Source: Actinomycetota bacterium (GTDB taxonomy: Bacteria > Actinomycetota > Actinomycetes > S36-B12). Taken from it: a DNA stretch of 47,209 bases. A program made the position numbers and the translations under genes. Shown one piece after another: positions 25,233-34,276 of this stretch; position 1 is the first letter of the stretch, and each line of letters begins with the position of its first letter. Below the pieces are notes generated by a model that was given only the letters and a program-made list of their open reading frames with translations, had not been told where the DNA came from and did not search any database. The stretch is from the NCBI GenBank assembly GCA_030652695.1, contig JAUSQD010000098.1:1-47209 (forward strand), given 5' to 3'.

Positions 25233-26387
25233 ATGAAGCGCTTCATCTTGGTCGGCTCAGCGTTCGCAGTCATCGGGCTGGCCCTGAGCGCAGCACCGGC
25301 CATCGGCGTCACCATCGCGCAGGAACCTGCACCAACTGTTGTCGCGGCAGACTCAACGCTGATGACCACGCAGGTACTCGCGGATCACATCAATGGGGTC
25401 ACGGTCATCTCACCAGTTGGAGGGATCATCGCCGCCCAGGCCTCTGGGCATCAGACTCGAGCAGTGAAAGTCCGCGCGGGTCAGCGCGCCGTGTTGAATG
25501 ATCTGGATCCGGGAGTGCGCTACACGATCACCCGAGACGGCAAGCGCATTGGCTTTGTCGTGCCGGTAGGGCAAATGGGACCGGCGTTTGGCTTGAGCGT
25601 GGTCACAACCGACAATCCCGGCGAAGTGACATTGAGCTGGAGCCACACCGTCAACAAGGGTGAGGGACCAGTGGTGCAGTACACGGCCACTGCAACGGCG
25701 GTAGGTGCCAGCGCCCCCGCAGCAAAGGTCATCACTTCGGACACCCATGCAACATTGAGCGGCTTGGACATTCGCCAGCGCTACACCTTCAGCGTCACCC
25801 CCGCGAACTCAGCAAGCACAGGGCGAGCCAGTACCGCCACGATGCAGCAGACCCTCGCGCAGTTCACCGGAGCATTGGTCGATCAGTCAGCGCCACTCGC
25901 GCAACCCACGCCTGCGACTCCCGCACCGGCACCGGCCCCTGCACCAGCAGCGGCACCCGCGCCGGCACCCGTGCCCTCAACTCGAACAATCTGGGTATGT
26001 CCTGATGGCTATGCCGATGCCGGTTCGCTGTGCCAGAAGACCTTGGCCTACACCTACCACTCGGTGACCAGTACCTGGCCGTACAGCTACCACCAGCAGT
26101 TCATGCAGACTGGTTCGCACATCAACTTTTCCACTTCGCCCAACGGCGGAACCTATTACGCACAGAATGCCTGGGATGCCAATGGCAGTGCAGCCGGCTA
26201 CTACGAAGTCGTCCCTGATGGCTACTACGCCAGCGTGAAGGATCCAGCACCAACCGGATACACCGACAATGGCTCGGCGTACACCAAGACCGATCAGGTC
26301 AAGGACACTCCACCCGCTGGCTACTCAGACAATGGAACCGCGTGGGTGATGACCACTGCCAAGATCGCACAGCAGGTTCCTGCGTAG
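25233..26387 (+). CDS. Secreted protein: signal peptide, FN3-like domain, Pro/Ala linker, and a C-terminal domain with PxGYxDxG repeats
   Basis: Signal MKRFILVGSAFAVIGLALSAAPA. FN3-like segment GEVTLSWSH...YTATATA...YTFSVTPANS. Linker PTPATPAPAPAPAPAAAPAPAPVP. Repeats CPDGYADAGS, VPDGYYASV, APTGYTDNGSAYTKT and PPAGYSDNGTAWVMT. Confidence 0.7.
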   Translation: MKRFILVGSAFAVIGLALSAAPAIGVTIAQEPAPTVVAADSTLMTTQVLADHINGVTVISPVGGIIAAQASGHQTRAVKVRAGQRAVLNDLDPGVRYTITRDGKRIGFVVPVGQMGPAFGLSVVTTDNPGEVTLSWSHTVNKGEGPVVQYTATATAVGASAPAAKVITSDTHATLSGLDIRQRYTFSVTPANSASTGRASTATMQQTLAQFTGALVDQSAPLAQPTPATPAPAPAPAPAAAPAPAPVPSTRTIWVCPDGYADAGSLCQKTLAYTYHSVTSTWPYSYHQQFMQTGSHINFSTSPNGGTYYAQNAWDANGSAAGYYEVVPDGYYASVKDPAPTGYTDNGSAYTKTDQVKDTPPAGYSDNGTAWVMTTAKIAQQVPA

Positions 26388-26399
26388 TACCAGCATGTC

Positions 26400-26432
26400 T
26401 GAGGGGTGACGCCAATCAAGCGACACCCCTCA
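26400..26432 (+). terminator. Stem-loop downstream of the FN3 protein gene (candidate intrinsic terminator without a U-tract)
   Basis: TGAGGGGTG (26400-26408) pairs with CACCCCTCA (26424-26432). It begins 13 nt after the stop codon. Confidence 0.45.
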
Positions 26433-26566
26433 CATGCTGCTGTCGATCACACCAGCTGAATAGATGGCGCGCGCTCGATAGCGCAGGGGAGCCTCCTGGA
26501 TTTCTTCCATCATTGTCGTTGCGGTGAGCTCGGGCTCTACCACTGCGAAACGAGTAGCGTGAGGTC

Positions 26567-26854
26567 ATGCGTCCGCCCCTGCTTTCAGATGAAGAGATCG
26601 CCAGCCGCTTGTCCACCCGTCCTCAATGGTTCCTTGAGCGTGGGCAGCTCACGCGAACTGCAGAAGCGAAGGACTTTCCCACAGTGATGCAATGGGTTGA
26701 TGCCATTGCCGAAGTCGCTGAGGAGATGGACCATCATCCCGACATCGATGTGCGATGGACCAAACTTCGCGTGTCAGTGAAGACTCATGACAAGGACGGA
26801 CTGACCATTCTCGATTTCGCGCTCGCTGACCGAGTCGACCAGATCTGTCAGTGA
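26567..26854 (+). CDS. 4a-hydroxytetrahydrobiopterin (pterin-4-alpha-carbinolamine) dehydratase family protein
   Basis: 95 aa with EEMDHHPDIDVRWTKLRVSVKTHD, the PCD signature (HHP...W). Confidence 0.8.
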   Translation: MRPPLLSDEEIASRLSTRPQWFLERGQLTRTAEAKDFPTVMQWVDAIAEVAEEMDHHPDIDVRWTKLRVSVKTHDKDGLTILDFALADRVDQICQ

Positions 26855-26877
26855 ACGAGCTGCCAGCAGCTGCGCTT

Positions 26878-27711
26878 TCAACTCTTGCGAGCGCGGAACA
26901 GCGACTCCTGCATGATGCGGGCGATCAGTTCGCCACGCTCATTGAACATCGATCCGGAGTACAAGCCTCGGCCGCCATTCAATGATTCGCCAAACAGTTC
27001 CATGAAGCACCACTCATCAGCTCGCGCTGGTCGCAGAAACCACATCGCATGGTCCAAGCTGCTGAGCGCTACATCGTTACGCCGCGGCGTGAGAGTGAAG
27101 AGTCCAGTGAACAAGTCAGATACATAGGCCGTCACACATGCGTGGAGCAGTGGATCCTCACCCAATTCCACGCTGGCCTTGGCCCACACCTGTCGAATCA
27201 TCGTGTCGTCAGTGACCAGGCGCGGATCGCGATAGTCGATATCAACGGTTCGGGTCTTCATCGGCTTGGCACGCGGATCATCCGGGTACAGCACGTCAGG
27301 CATACCCGCCGGCTGAATATCGGGGCCCTGTTCATCAACATGGAAGGAGGCACTCATCGTCAGAATTTCGCGACCGTCCTGCATTGCGCTCACCGTGCGT
27401 GCGGAGTAGGCGCGACCATCGCGATCACGATTCACGAAATAGTCAACGGGCAGCTTGGGATCCCCTGCACGCAGGAAGTAGCAATGAAATGAGTGCGGCG
27501 CTCGCCCCTCGGGGACAGTCGTGCCGGCTGCACGAAGTGCTTGCGCAGCTACCTGACCGCCGTAGAGATTGATGGGGTCCTCGAAAATTGTCTTGGCGCG
27601 AAACACATCGTGATTGGTCTCGTCGAGATGAAGAAGGTCCAGCAATCGCGGCATCGTGACGTTGGCATAGAGCGAATCCATCGACGGCATGTCAGGAAAT
27701 GAAGTGCTCAT
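26878..27711 (-). CDS. tesB: Acyl-CoA thioesterase II (double hot-dog)
   Basis: LYGGQVAAQALRAA...HSFHCYFLRAGDP...VNRDRDGRAYSARTV...SLDHAMWF, the TesB family pattern. Confidence 0.85.
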   Translation of the reverse strand: MSTSFPDMPSMDSLYANVTMPRLLDLLHLDETNHDVFRAKTIFEDPINLYGGQVAAQALRAAGTTVPEGRAPHSFHCYFLRAGDPKLPVDYFVNRDRDGRAYSARTVSAMQDGREILTMSASFHVDEQGPDIQPAGMPDVLYPDDPRAKPMKTRTVDIDYRDPRLVTDDTMIRQVWAKASVELGEDPLLHACVTAYVSDLFTGLFTLTPRRNDVALSSLDHAMWFLRPARADEWCFMELFGESLNGGRGLYSGSMFNERGELIARIMQESLFRARKS

Positions 27712-27776
27712 GGGAAGTCCTCCGTCGAGTGTTCGGAGCGACCGCTTCCGACGACGCAGAGTACCAAGATCACCAA

Positions 27777-28523
27777 CTAGCGCTTGGACATCCGATCAAC
27801 CTGAACCTGGATCTGGGCTCGGACTGCGGGTGAGGTCCAAGCATCAGCCACCTCGTCATCTCCCTCAGGTGATCCGGCTTCCATCAGGTCGCGCGCCTCG
27901 GCATGCAGGGCCTGCTTCATTAGCGCGTAGGTCACTGCCGGCACTTCGCATAGGGATTGCGCTTCAGCAACTGCACGATCGAGGAGGAGCTCTGGCTCAA
28001 CGAGTTCATCCACGAATCCAATGGCCAGGGCCGCCTCCGGATCAATGACGATCCCTTGCAGAACATGACGCGCAAGATGTGCGCCGAGAACGTAGCGAGC
28101 CAGCTCCATCAACGCAGAGGGGATTGGGACGCCAACGCGCAATTCCGGAAGGCCAATGACTCCCGTGGACATCATTCGGACATCGGCGGCAAGAGCGAGC
28201 ATCGCTCCCCCGGCAATTGCCGCACCGTTGACCGCCGCCACCACAGGTCGTGGGTGATCAAAGATCGTCAGGCAAGTGGTGGTTAGCTCATCCAGCAGTT
28301 GGTCGGAGTACTCCATGGGTGAATCCAGCAGCTGTCGCAGATCAAGGCCGGCAGAGAAAGCGCGATCATTGCCGGTCAGCACCAAAGCAGACTCTTTGGG
28401 CGCTTGAAGAACTGCTTCACGCACAGCTACGAGCAAGTCCACATCGAGCGCATTGACTTTGCCATGGGCCATGCGCAGCACGACAACATCGTCGATGCTG
28501 TCAACGACAACAAGGGATGTCAT
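27777..28523 (-). CDS. Enoyl-CoA hydratase/isomerase family protein
   Basis: Real start at MTSLVVV (ATG, complement 28521-28523). FSAGLDL and AAVNGAAIAGGAMLALAAD. The 85-codon upstream extension of the track ORF overlaps the aldehyde dehydrogenase gene. Confidence 0.85.
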   Translation of the reverse strand: MTSLVVVDSIDDVVVLRMAHGKVNALDVDLLVAVREAVLQAPKESALVLTGNDRAFSAGLDLRQLLDSPMEYSDQLLDELTTTCLTIFDHPRPVVAAVNGAAIAGGAMLALAADVRMMSTGVIGLPELRVGVPIPSALMELARYVLGAHLARHVLQGIVIDPEAALAIGFVDELVEPELLLDRAVAEAQSLCEVPAVTYALMKQALHAEARDLMEAGSPEGDDEVADAWTSPAVRAQIQVQVDRMSKR

Positions 28524-28527
28524 GGAC

Positions 28528-29949
28528 CTAGTAGACCAATGCTTTGTACTCGAAGAACTCTTCCAGTCCGTACTTTCCCAACTCACGGCCATTGCCCGAC
28601 ATCTTGTAACCGCCGAACGGAGCCCGCGCATTGAAAGCACCGCCATTGATTGCCACTTGACCCGTGCGGATCTTGCGTGCAAACGCCACAGCGTGATCAC
28701 GGTCAGCAGACCAGACGGCTCCTGCCAGCCCATACGCAGAGTTGTTTGCCACGGCCAGGGCCTCCACCTCTGAATCAACAGGGATCACGACGAGCACTGG
28801 ACCAAAGATCTCCTCCTGGGCAATGCGCATGTCTGCTGCAACATCGGTGAAAATAGTCGGCGTCACAAAGTATCCCGATCCCTCAGGTCGAGCCGGACCT
28901 CCGACAAGCACTCGGGCGCCCTCGGCGATTCCAATGTTGATGTACTCAATGACCCGGTCACGCTGCACGGCAGACACCAGCGGACCAAGTCGCGTGGAAC
29001 TGTCCAAGGGATCCCCGGGAACAAATCTCTGCGCAGCCTTGATCAGCAGTTCCTCCACGCGCGGCAGATGTGAGCGCATCACAATCAGTCGGGTCAGAGC
29101 CGAACAGACCTGTCCACTGTTCAGATAGCAGTTGCTGAGCGATGACGGCACTGCTCGATCCAATTCCGCATCCTCAAGCAGCACCGTGGCCGACTTGCCG
29201 CCAAGCTCCAAAGCAAGCTTCTTGACCCCATTGATGGCCAGCTCACCCACTCGCTTGCCTGCTGCGGTGGATCCGGTGAAGCTCACCATGTTGACCAAGG
29301 GGTGGCGGACCAGAGCCTCCCCGACGACGGGCCCAACGCCACACACGAGGTTGGCGGTGCCTGCTGGCAGCCCTGCGACATCGATGAGTTCGAAGAATGC
29401 GATGGCAGACAGCGAAGTGAGTTCGGCCGGCTTGACCACAACGGTGCATCCCGAGGCAAGCGCCGGAGCCAACTTGGCAACGATCTGGTGCAGTGGGAAG
29501 TTCCAGGGGGTAATGGCCACGACGACGCCGATCGGCTCGCGCTCTACGACGAAGTTCTCGTCCTCCTCTGACAGTGAGAGCTCATCCATCGCATCTGCAG
29601 TTGACCGCAGGACTCGCACGGCCAGGCCAACCTGGACGGCTTTGGAAATCGACAAGGTGGTCCCGACCTCACGACTCATCAGCTCGGCAAACTCATCGGT
29701 ACGCGCTTCAAGTGCGTCGGCAATTTCGTGCAGCTTTGCGGTTCGCTCCGCGCGCGGCGTTGCGGACCACTCAGGGAATGCAGCGGCTGCTGCCTCCACT
29801 GCACGATCGGCCTGATCCACAGACGCAGCCTGTACTGAGCCAATCACCTGATCGTCTGTTGACGAGCGCTCGGTTAACTCATCTGCTCCCGCACCTGTAC
29901 TCCACGCTCCCGCAATGAAAACTCCGTCACGCATGGTCAAGGTGTGCAC
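28528..29949 (-). CDS. NAD(P)+-dependent aldehyde dehydrogenase
   Basis: ITPWNFPL, FTGSTAAGKRV, LELGGKSA, NSGQVCSALTR (catalytic Cys), EEIFGPV. Confidence 0.9.
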   Translation of the reverse strand: MHTLTMRDGVFIAGAWSTGAGADELTERSSTDDQVIGSVQAASVDQADRAVEAAAAAFPEWSATPRAERTAKLHEIADALEARTDEFAELMSREVGTTLSISKAVQVGLAVRVLRSTADAMDELSLSEEDENFVVEREPIGVVVAITPWNFPLHQIVAKLAPALASGCTVVVKPAELTSLSAIAFFELIDVAGLPAGTANLVCGVGPVVGEALVRHPLVNMVSFTGSTAAGKRVGELAINGVKKLALELGGKSATVLLEDAELDRAVPSSLSNCYLNSGQVCSALTRLIVMRSHLPRVEELLIKAAQRFVPGDPLDSSTRLGPLVSAVQRDRVIEYINIGIAEGARVLVGGPARPEGSGYFVTPTIFTDVAADMRIAQEEIFGPVLVVIPVDSEVEALAVANNSAYGLAGAVWSADRDHAVAFARKIRTGQVAINGGAFNARAPFGGYKMSGNGRELGKYGLEEFFEYKALVY

Positions 29950-30062
29950 TCCTCAGCAAGTGGAACTCCCACACATGGACGGCGGTGGGGTCCGCCCGAC
30001 GCTAGACCCCGCCACTTGGCCGGTCAACACAGTTGAACGAATTGCCAGAGCTTTGTACCGAG

Positions 30063-31679
30063 TTAGCGCACCTTGAGGAGATGGATGGATTTTGCAAAGC
30101 TGTTCACCGTCGGTGATGTCGGTGCAAAGCGTGCAATCACTCGGCCCTTGCCCTTGCTCCAGTTGGCCGGCGGGGCAAAGGAGGACGAGACCACGCCATT
30201 GACCGGCTTGAGATTCGTGACCAGAACCCTCTTGGCTCCTTGTCGGTAGGTCAGATTCACCACACCGGCTGCCGTCGAAGGATTCACCGTGACGACAAAG
30301 GTTGCAGCGCTTCCACGAGCGACCGCTGCAGGGCCCGCGATCGTCAACAAGGTGGTCGTTCGCTTTGACGTTGCCGTTGGTGTCGGAGTCGGTGACGCAG
30401 TCGGCGCTGGGGTTGCGCTTCCGCCGACCTGAACGGGGACGCTGTTGACCGCCGAGACCGAACCATTGAGATTGGTTGCGGCCACGCTGGAGATCAGGTG
30501 CTTGCCTGCATCTGCAGACGTCACCACGTATGTCGCAGCAGCAGCACCAGGGATGACTGCACAGCTCGTAGTCGCGTTCGTCGTGCATCGCTGCCACTGG
30601 TAGGTGTAGCTGGTGGGCTCATAAGCCCAAGTGCCGGAGGTCGTCGTAGCAGTGGCACCTACGGCAACGCCCGATGGCGTCACCACTGGAGGCGCAACAG
30701 AACTTGGCAGTTGGCCGGACAGCACGCGGGCCACTTTGGCTATGCCGCTCTCTGCCACCCAGATATTGCCATCAGAGCCTTGAGTCAGGCCTGTGGGCTT
30801 GGCTCCGGAATCAAGGGGATAAATGGCCTGCAGGGATCCGGCCGCGGTGAACACCGCTACCGAAGACGTGCCAAAGAAGGAGACCCACATTGTTGGGCCA
30901 GGGCCCTGGGTAATCCACAGAGGCTGAGTGCCAGCAGGAAGACTGATCTCCAGCACGGTCGAACCCTGCAGCTGCGCGAGTTTGTTGATGCCGTGCTCAG
31001 CAACCCAAAGCGCCGAACCCACGGTGGCAATGCCAAACGGCCGCGCCCCAGTGGTCAGGGGGAACTCCGTGATTGCTCCCGAAGAAGTGATCTTGCCAAT
31101 CTTGTCCCCAGCTGATTCGGTGAAGTACATGTCATTGCTGCCAGCCGGTCCCGCAACAATGCCGTAGGGCACGGATGCAGGAGTGGGAATCGTGAACTCA
31201 GTTACTGAGCCCGAGGTGGTGATGCGACCGATCTTGTTCGCAGCCTGCTCGGTGAACCACAGGTTTCCGTCGGGACCTGGAGCAATCGCAAATGGCTCAG
31301 CTCCTGGCGTGGTGACGGGGAACTCTGTGATCACACCTGCGGTGGTGATGCGACCGATCTTGTTTCCAGTCTGCTCGGTGAACCACAGGTTCTTGTCGGA
31401 GCCGACAGTGATGAACCGTGGAGTGGATGCAGCAGTTGGAACCGGGAAGTTGGTCACCACACCTTTGGCATCGATGCGTGCGATCGAGTTTGCGGCACCC
31501 GTCGCAATCCAAATCGCACCATCTGGACCCAACACCGTGCCGTAGGGAGTTGCTCCGGCGGCCAGGGCAAAGGAGGTGTCATCCCCCACGGCAGCAGGGC
31601 TTGGAGCAGCAATACCAAGCACTGCGACGGCTGAAACGGTCAGAAGGACAACAGGACGAACCAGGGTGCGAATAGCCAT
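30063..31679 (-). CDS. Secreted Vgb-like (virginiamycin B lyase-type) seven-bladed beta-propeller repeat protein with C-terminal Ig-like domains
   Basis: It has a signal peptide, then seven repeats of the type GPDGNLWFTEQAANKIGRITTSGSVTEF. These are followed by a YTYQWQRC-containing Ig-like module, a PT-rich linker and a final beta-rich domain. Confidence 0.75.
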   Translation of the reverse strand: MAIRTLVRPVVLLTVSAVAVLGIAAPSPAAVGDDTSFALAAGATPYGTVLGPDGAIWIATGAANSIARIDAKGVVTNFPVPTAASTPRFITVGSDKNLWFTEQTGNKIGRITTAGVITEFPVTTPGAEPFAIAPGPDGNLWFTEQAANKIGRITTSGSVTEFTIPTPASVPYGIVAGPAGSNDMYFTESAGDKIGKITSSGAITEFPLTTGARPFGIATVGSALWVAEHGINKLAQLQGSTVLEISLPAGTQPLWITQGPGPTMWVSFFGTSSVAVFTAAGSLQAIYPLDSGAKPTGLTQGSDGNIWVAESGIAKVARVLSGQLPSSVAPPVVTPSGVAVGATATTTSGTWAYEPTSYTYQWQRCTTNATTSCAVIPGAAAATYVVTSADAGKHLISSVAATNLNGSVSAVNSVPVQVGGSATPAPTASPTPTPTATSKRTTTLLTIAGPAAVARGSAATFVVTVNPSTAAGVVNLTYRQGAKRVLVTNLKPVNGVVSSSFAPPANWSKGKGRVIARFAPTSPTVNSFAKSIHLLKVR

Positions 31680-31796
31680 ATCTGCACGTTACGAATCGCC
31701 ACCAACAACCGATGGCTGCGACACTCCATTTCGAGTGCTATTTCTGTCCCAGATGCTTCTCAGCACGCGGGCTCGTTCCTGTCGAAAGCGGATCTG

Positions 31797-32741
31797 CTAG
31801 GAGAAATCCAGCACGAGCCGACCGCGAACGCCGCCCGCCTCGAGCATTTCATGTGCGCGAGCGGCCTCAGAGGCGGGAAGCACCTCAGCAACTCGAAGTG
31901 TCAGCAATCCTGCATCGGCCTGCTGGACCAGCCTTTCCAGCGCAGCAGTGTTCCTGGATTCAGTCGTGACCATGACTGGATGCACAGTGATGCCTCGATC
32001 CAGCTCCCCTGACCAGCCGCGCACGACTGCAAGTCCGCCTCCGTCAGCAATCGCCGGGACCACCAACTGGCCCTGCAAGGAGCCATCAGCAAGACCATCG
32101 ACACCTTCAGGGACCAGCTCGCGAATGGCGATTGCGACTGCATCCCCGCGCGGCACCAGTTCGTATACCCCAAGTCCTCGCACCAGTTGCTCATCCTTCG
32201 GTGAGGCATCGGCAATCACCCGTAGACCCTCAGCAAGTGCCAGCTCCACGACATATGCGCCATAGGCGCCAGCGGCGCCCGTCACCGCAAGACTCTGTCC
32301 TTCGTGCAGACCCAGAAGATCAAGAGTGATGCGTGCAGTCAAGGCGTTCATCAACAGGGTCGAAGCGGCGGCAAAGTCAGCGTCCTTGGGCGCCTTCACC
32401 ACGCTGACTGCGGGCACCACGATCTGCTCGGCGTATGCACCACCGCGGGAGCCTGTGGGCACGACTATCGCCACGACCCGATCACCCACGGCGAGACGAC
32501 CGTCGTTGTCAGGCCCGAGTGCATCGATGACTCCAGCTGCGTCCATGCCAGGGATGTACGGAGGTTCAGCCTTGCGCAGATTGCCAGCCTGGGCCCCAGC
32601 GCGAAAGAGCGTGTCCGTGGGGTTGACGGTCGCCGCATGAACTCGGATCCGAACCTGACCTGCGCCCGGTTCAGGTGAAGGCACATCGAAGATTCTCAGA
32701 GCCCGCGGGCCACCGAATTCATCTACACCCACCACTCGCAT
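31797..32741 (-). CDS. NADPH:quinone oxidoreductase / zeta-crystallin-like medium-chain dehydrogenase
   Basis: VRIRVHAATVNPTD, PGMDAAGVI, and VTGAAGAYGAY (nucleotide-binding glycine motif). Confidence 0.8.
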   Translation of the reverse strand: MRVVGVDEFGGPRALRIFDVPSPEPGAGQVRIRVHAATVNPTDTLFRAGAQAGNLRKAEPPYIPGMDAAGVIDALGPDNDGRLAVGDRVVAIVVPTGSRGGAYAEQIVVPAVSVVKAPKDADFAAASTLLMNALTARITLDLLGLHEGQSLAVTGAAGAYGAYVVELALAEGLRVIADASPKDEQLVRGLGVYELVPRGDAVAIAIRELVPEGVDGLADGSLQGQLVVPAIADGGGLAVVRGWSGELDRGITVHPVMVTTESRNTAALERLVQQADAGLLTLRVAEVLPASEAARAHEMLEAGGVRGRLVLDFS

Positions 32742-32810
32742 GCGAATCCTTCCCTCAAGTGCACAGAAGACCAGACTTGCACACAGGGAAATTCGACGGA
32801 GTGCTTTGCA

Positions 32811-33926
32811 CTAACGAGCGGCTTGCGATAAATCCTTGCCGTCAGGGGATCCCGACTGGATCTCGGCCAGATGCCTCTTCCGTGCACTCGGCTCGCCCAC
32901 TGACCAGGCCGGAGCTTCAAAGAGATACTTGCCCGCGTTGTTTCGCGTGATTCCATAGAGCAACAAGGCGACGCCAACGAGGGCCGAAGTCATCACTATG
33001 GGGAAGAGCACTTGGACGATCGGGTTGTGCATGTACGCCGGATCCTGGTTGCGGAAATATGAGGACAGCGCCATCAAAAGTGGAAACTGCACAACGAAAA
33101 TGGGCAGAGTTCTCGCACCAAAGTAGATGCCGAACTTGCGAGGCGCATTCCACTGAACGAGCAATGTTGCGGCCATCACGCCCGCAACGATCCAAATGAG
33201 CGAGATGGGAAAGTAGGTCTGCTCCCAAGTCGACGGGTACGCGCTTCGCCACAGTCCGTATGCAACCGCAGGCACCAGCAGAAGCCCGACGGCAAGCCAC
33301 GACGCATGTCGAGAGATATGCGTGAACAGCTCCTTGTAGTACGCGCCAATCAAGAAGAAGACAAGATTGGTCACGATGGAAGTCATCGCCGAGCCAGCAT
33401 CGATTTCGATCATGAAATCGCGATTCCACTGCGCCACTGAGCCCCGCAACAAATTCAGCACAATGGCGAACGCGACGATGATCCATGCTGGGTACCGTCG
33501 AAACAGCTTGGCGACAATGAAGTACAACAACAGTGCGTAGAGATACCAATAGCCACTGCTGCCGACGAGTAATCGGCCCGGAAACTGCGCAATGGCCGCG
33601 ACGAACCCTGAGTTCACATAGAGCGCGACAACAGTGAAGAAGATCGCGCTCCACAAGACGTAGAGATACGTCATGCCAAAAGTCCGGCGCTTGGACATGC
33701 GCCACGGTCGAGCGATGGCCCCTGCCGCGAGCATTCCGGAGACCATGAAGAACAAGGGCATCCGCATGGGCTCGAGCACATCCATTGATGTGGACCACAC
33801 TGAGGTGACGTTGTCCTCGCTGGAAATTGCCGCCATGTGGTTCACAGAGTGAAACAGGACGACCAGGAGAACAGCAGTGCCCTTGACCAGATCCATCCAC
33901 TCAATGCGCGGGCGGGCAGTCTCCAT
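32811..33926 (-). CDS. Acyltransferase-3 family integral membrane protein (OafA-like)
   Basis: About 10 TM segments with N-terminal WMDLVKGTAVLLVVLFHS. The start is taken at METARP (33926); the longer ORF to 34007 would overlap the DUF5302 gene. Confidence 0.75.
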   Translation of the reverse strand: METARPRIEWMDLVKGTAVLLVVLFHSVNHMAAISSEDNVTSVWSTSMDVLEPMRMPLFFMVSGMLAAGAIARPWRMSKRRTFGMTYLYVLWSAIFFTVVALYVNSGFVAAIAQFPGRLLVGSSGYWYLYALLLYFIVAKLFRRYPAWIIVAFAIVLNLLRGSVAQWNRDFMIEIDAGSAMTSIVTNLVFFLIGAYYKELFTHISRHASWLAVGLLLVPAVAYGLWRSAYPSTWEQTYFPISLIWIVAGVMAATLLVQWNAPRKFGIYFGARTLPIFVVQFPLLMALSSYFRNQDPAYMHNPIVQVLFPIVMTSALVGVALLLYGITRNNAGKYLFEAPAWSVGEPSARKRHLAEIQSGSPDGKDLSQAAR

Positions 33927-33966
33927 GAGGGTCAAATCTACCCTTGGCCGGCGGGCAGGAGCAGAA

Positions 33967-34137
33967 TCAGCCGCTCTTGCGGCGATGCTCCCGTTTGCCT
34001 CCCGCACGATTGGACGTGTCCTTCACAGCCCCGGTCGTACCAGTTGGGCCCTGCCCATTTCGCTGGCCTTTGTTTTTTTTCGCTTCGAGCGCCTGGCGAA
34101 ACTTCTCGCGCTGCTCGTCTGCCTGCTCATTCGCCAT
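33967..34137 (-). CDS. DUF5302-like small basic actinobacterial protein
   Basis: MANEQADEQREKFRQALEAKKNKG...GGKREHRRKSG matches my recollection of the DUF5302 pattern (KFREALE...RxFRRKSG). The start is at M25 of the track ORF. Confidence 0.65.
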   Translation of the reverse strand: MANEQADEQREKFRQALEAKKNKGQRNGQGPTGTTGAVKDTSNRAGGKREHRRKSG

Positions 34138-34276
34138 GCCCTCAGTCTGGCACCTGTCGTAGAAGAGCGATTGGAGGGCTGCCGACCAAGCCAAGGGCCC
34201 GCACAGCATGGCATTTCGTTGACACTGCAGTCATGTCCAAACTACGTTCGCAAGTAGACGTCGGCGCCAGCAGGAG

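Noticed and set aside
25900-25980. Low-complexity GCACC/GGCACC-rich DNA that could be mistaken for a tandem repeat or CRISPR-like element
   Set aside because: It simply encodes the Pro/Ala linker (PTPATPAPAPAPAPAAAPAPAPVP) of the secreted FN3 protein. The units are irregular and there is no spacer structure.
28524-28778. Upstream extensions of several track ORFs (27777..28778, 39130..39261, 46511..46792, 34138..34209, 35197..35307, 37031..37084)
   Set aside because: Each extension overlaps the neighbouring gene or lacks protein-like composition. In each case the family homology starts at an internal Met, usually with an SD or a stop/start overlap supporting it.
29953-31545. ORFs 29953..30597 -, 30498..31115 +, 31183..31545 + and similar within the Vgb-like gene
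   Set aside because: These are alternative-frame or antisense shadows of a gene with an unambiguous seven-fold repeat signature. None has motifs of its own.
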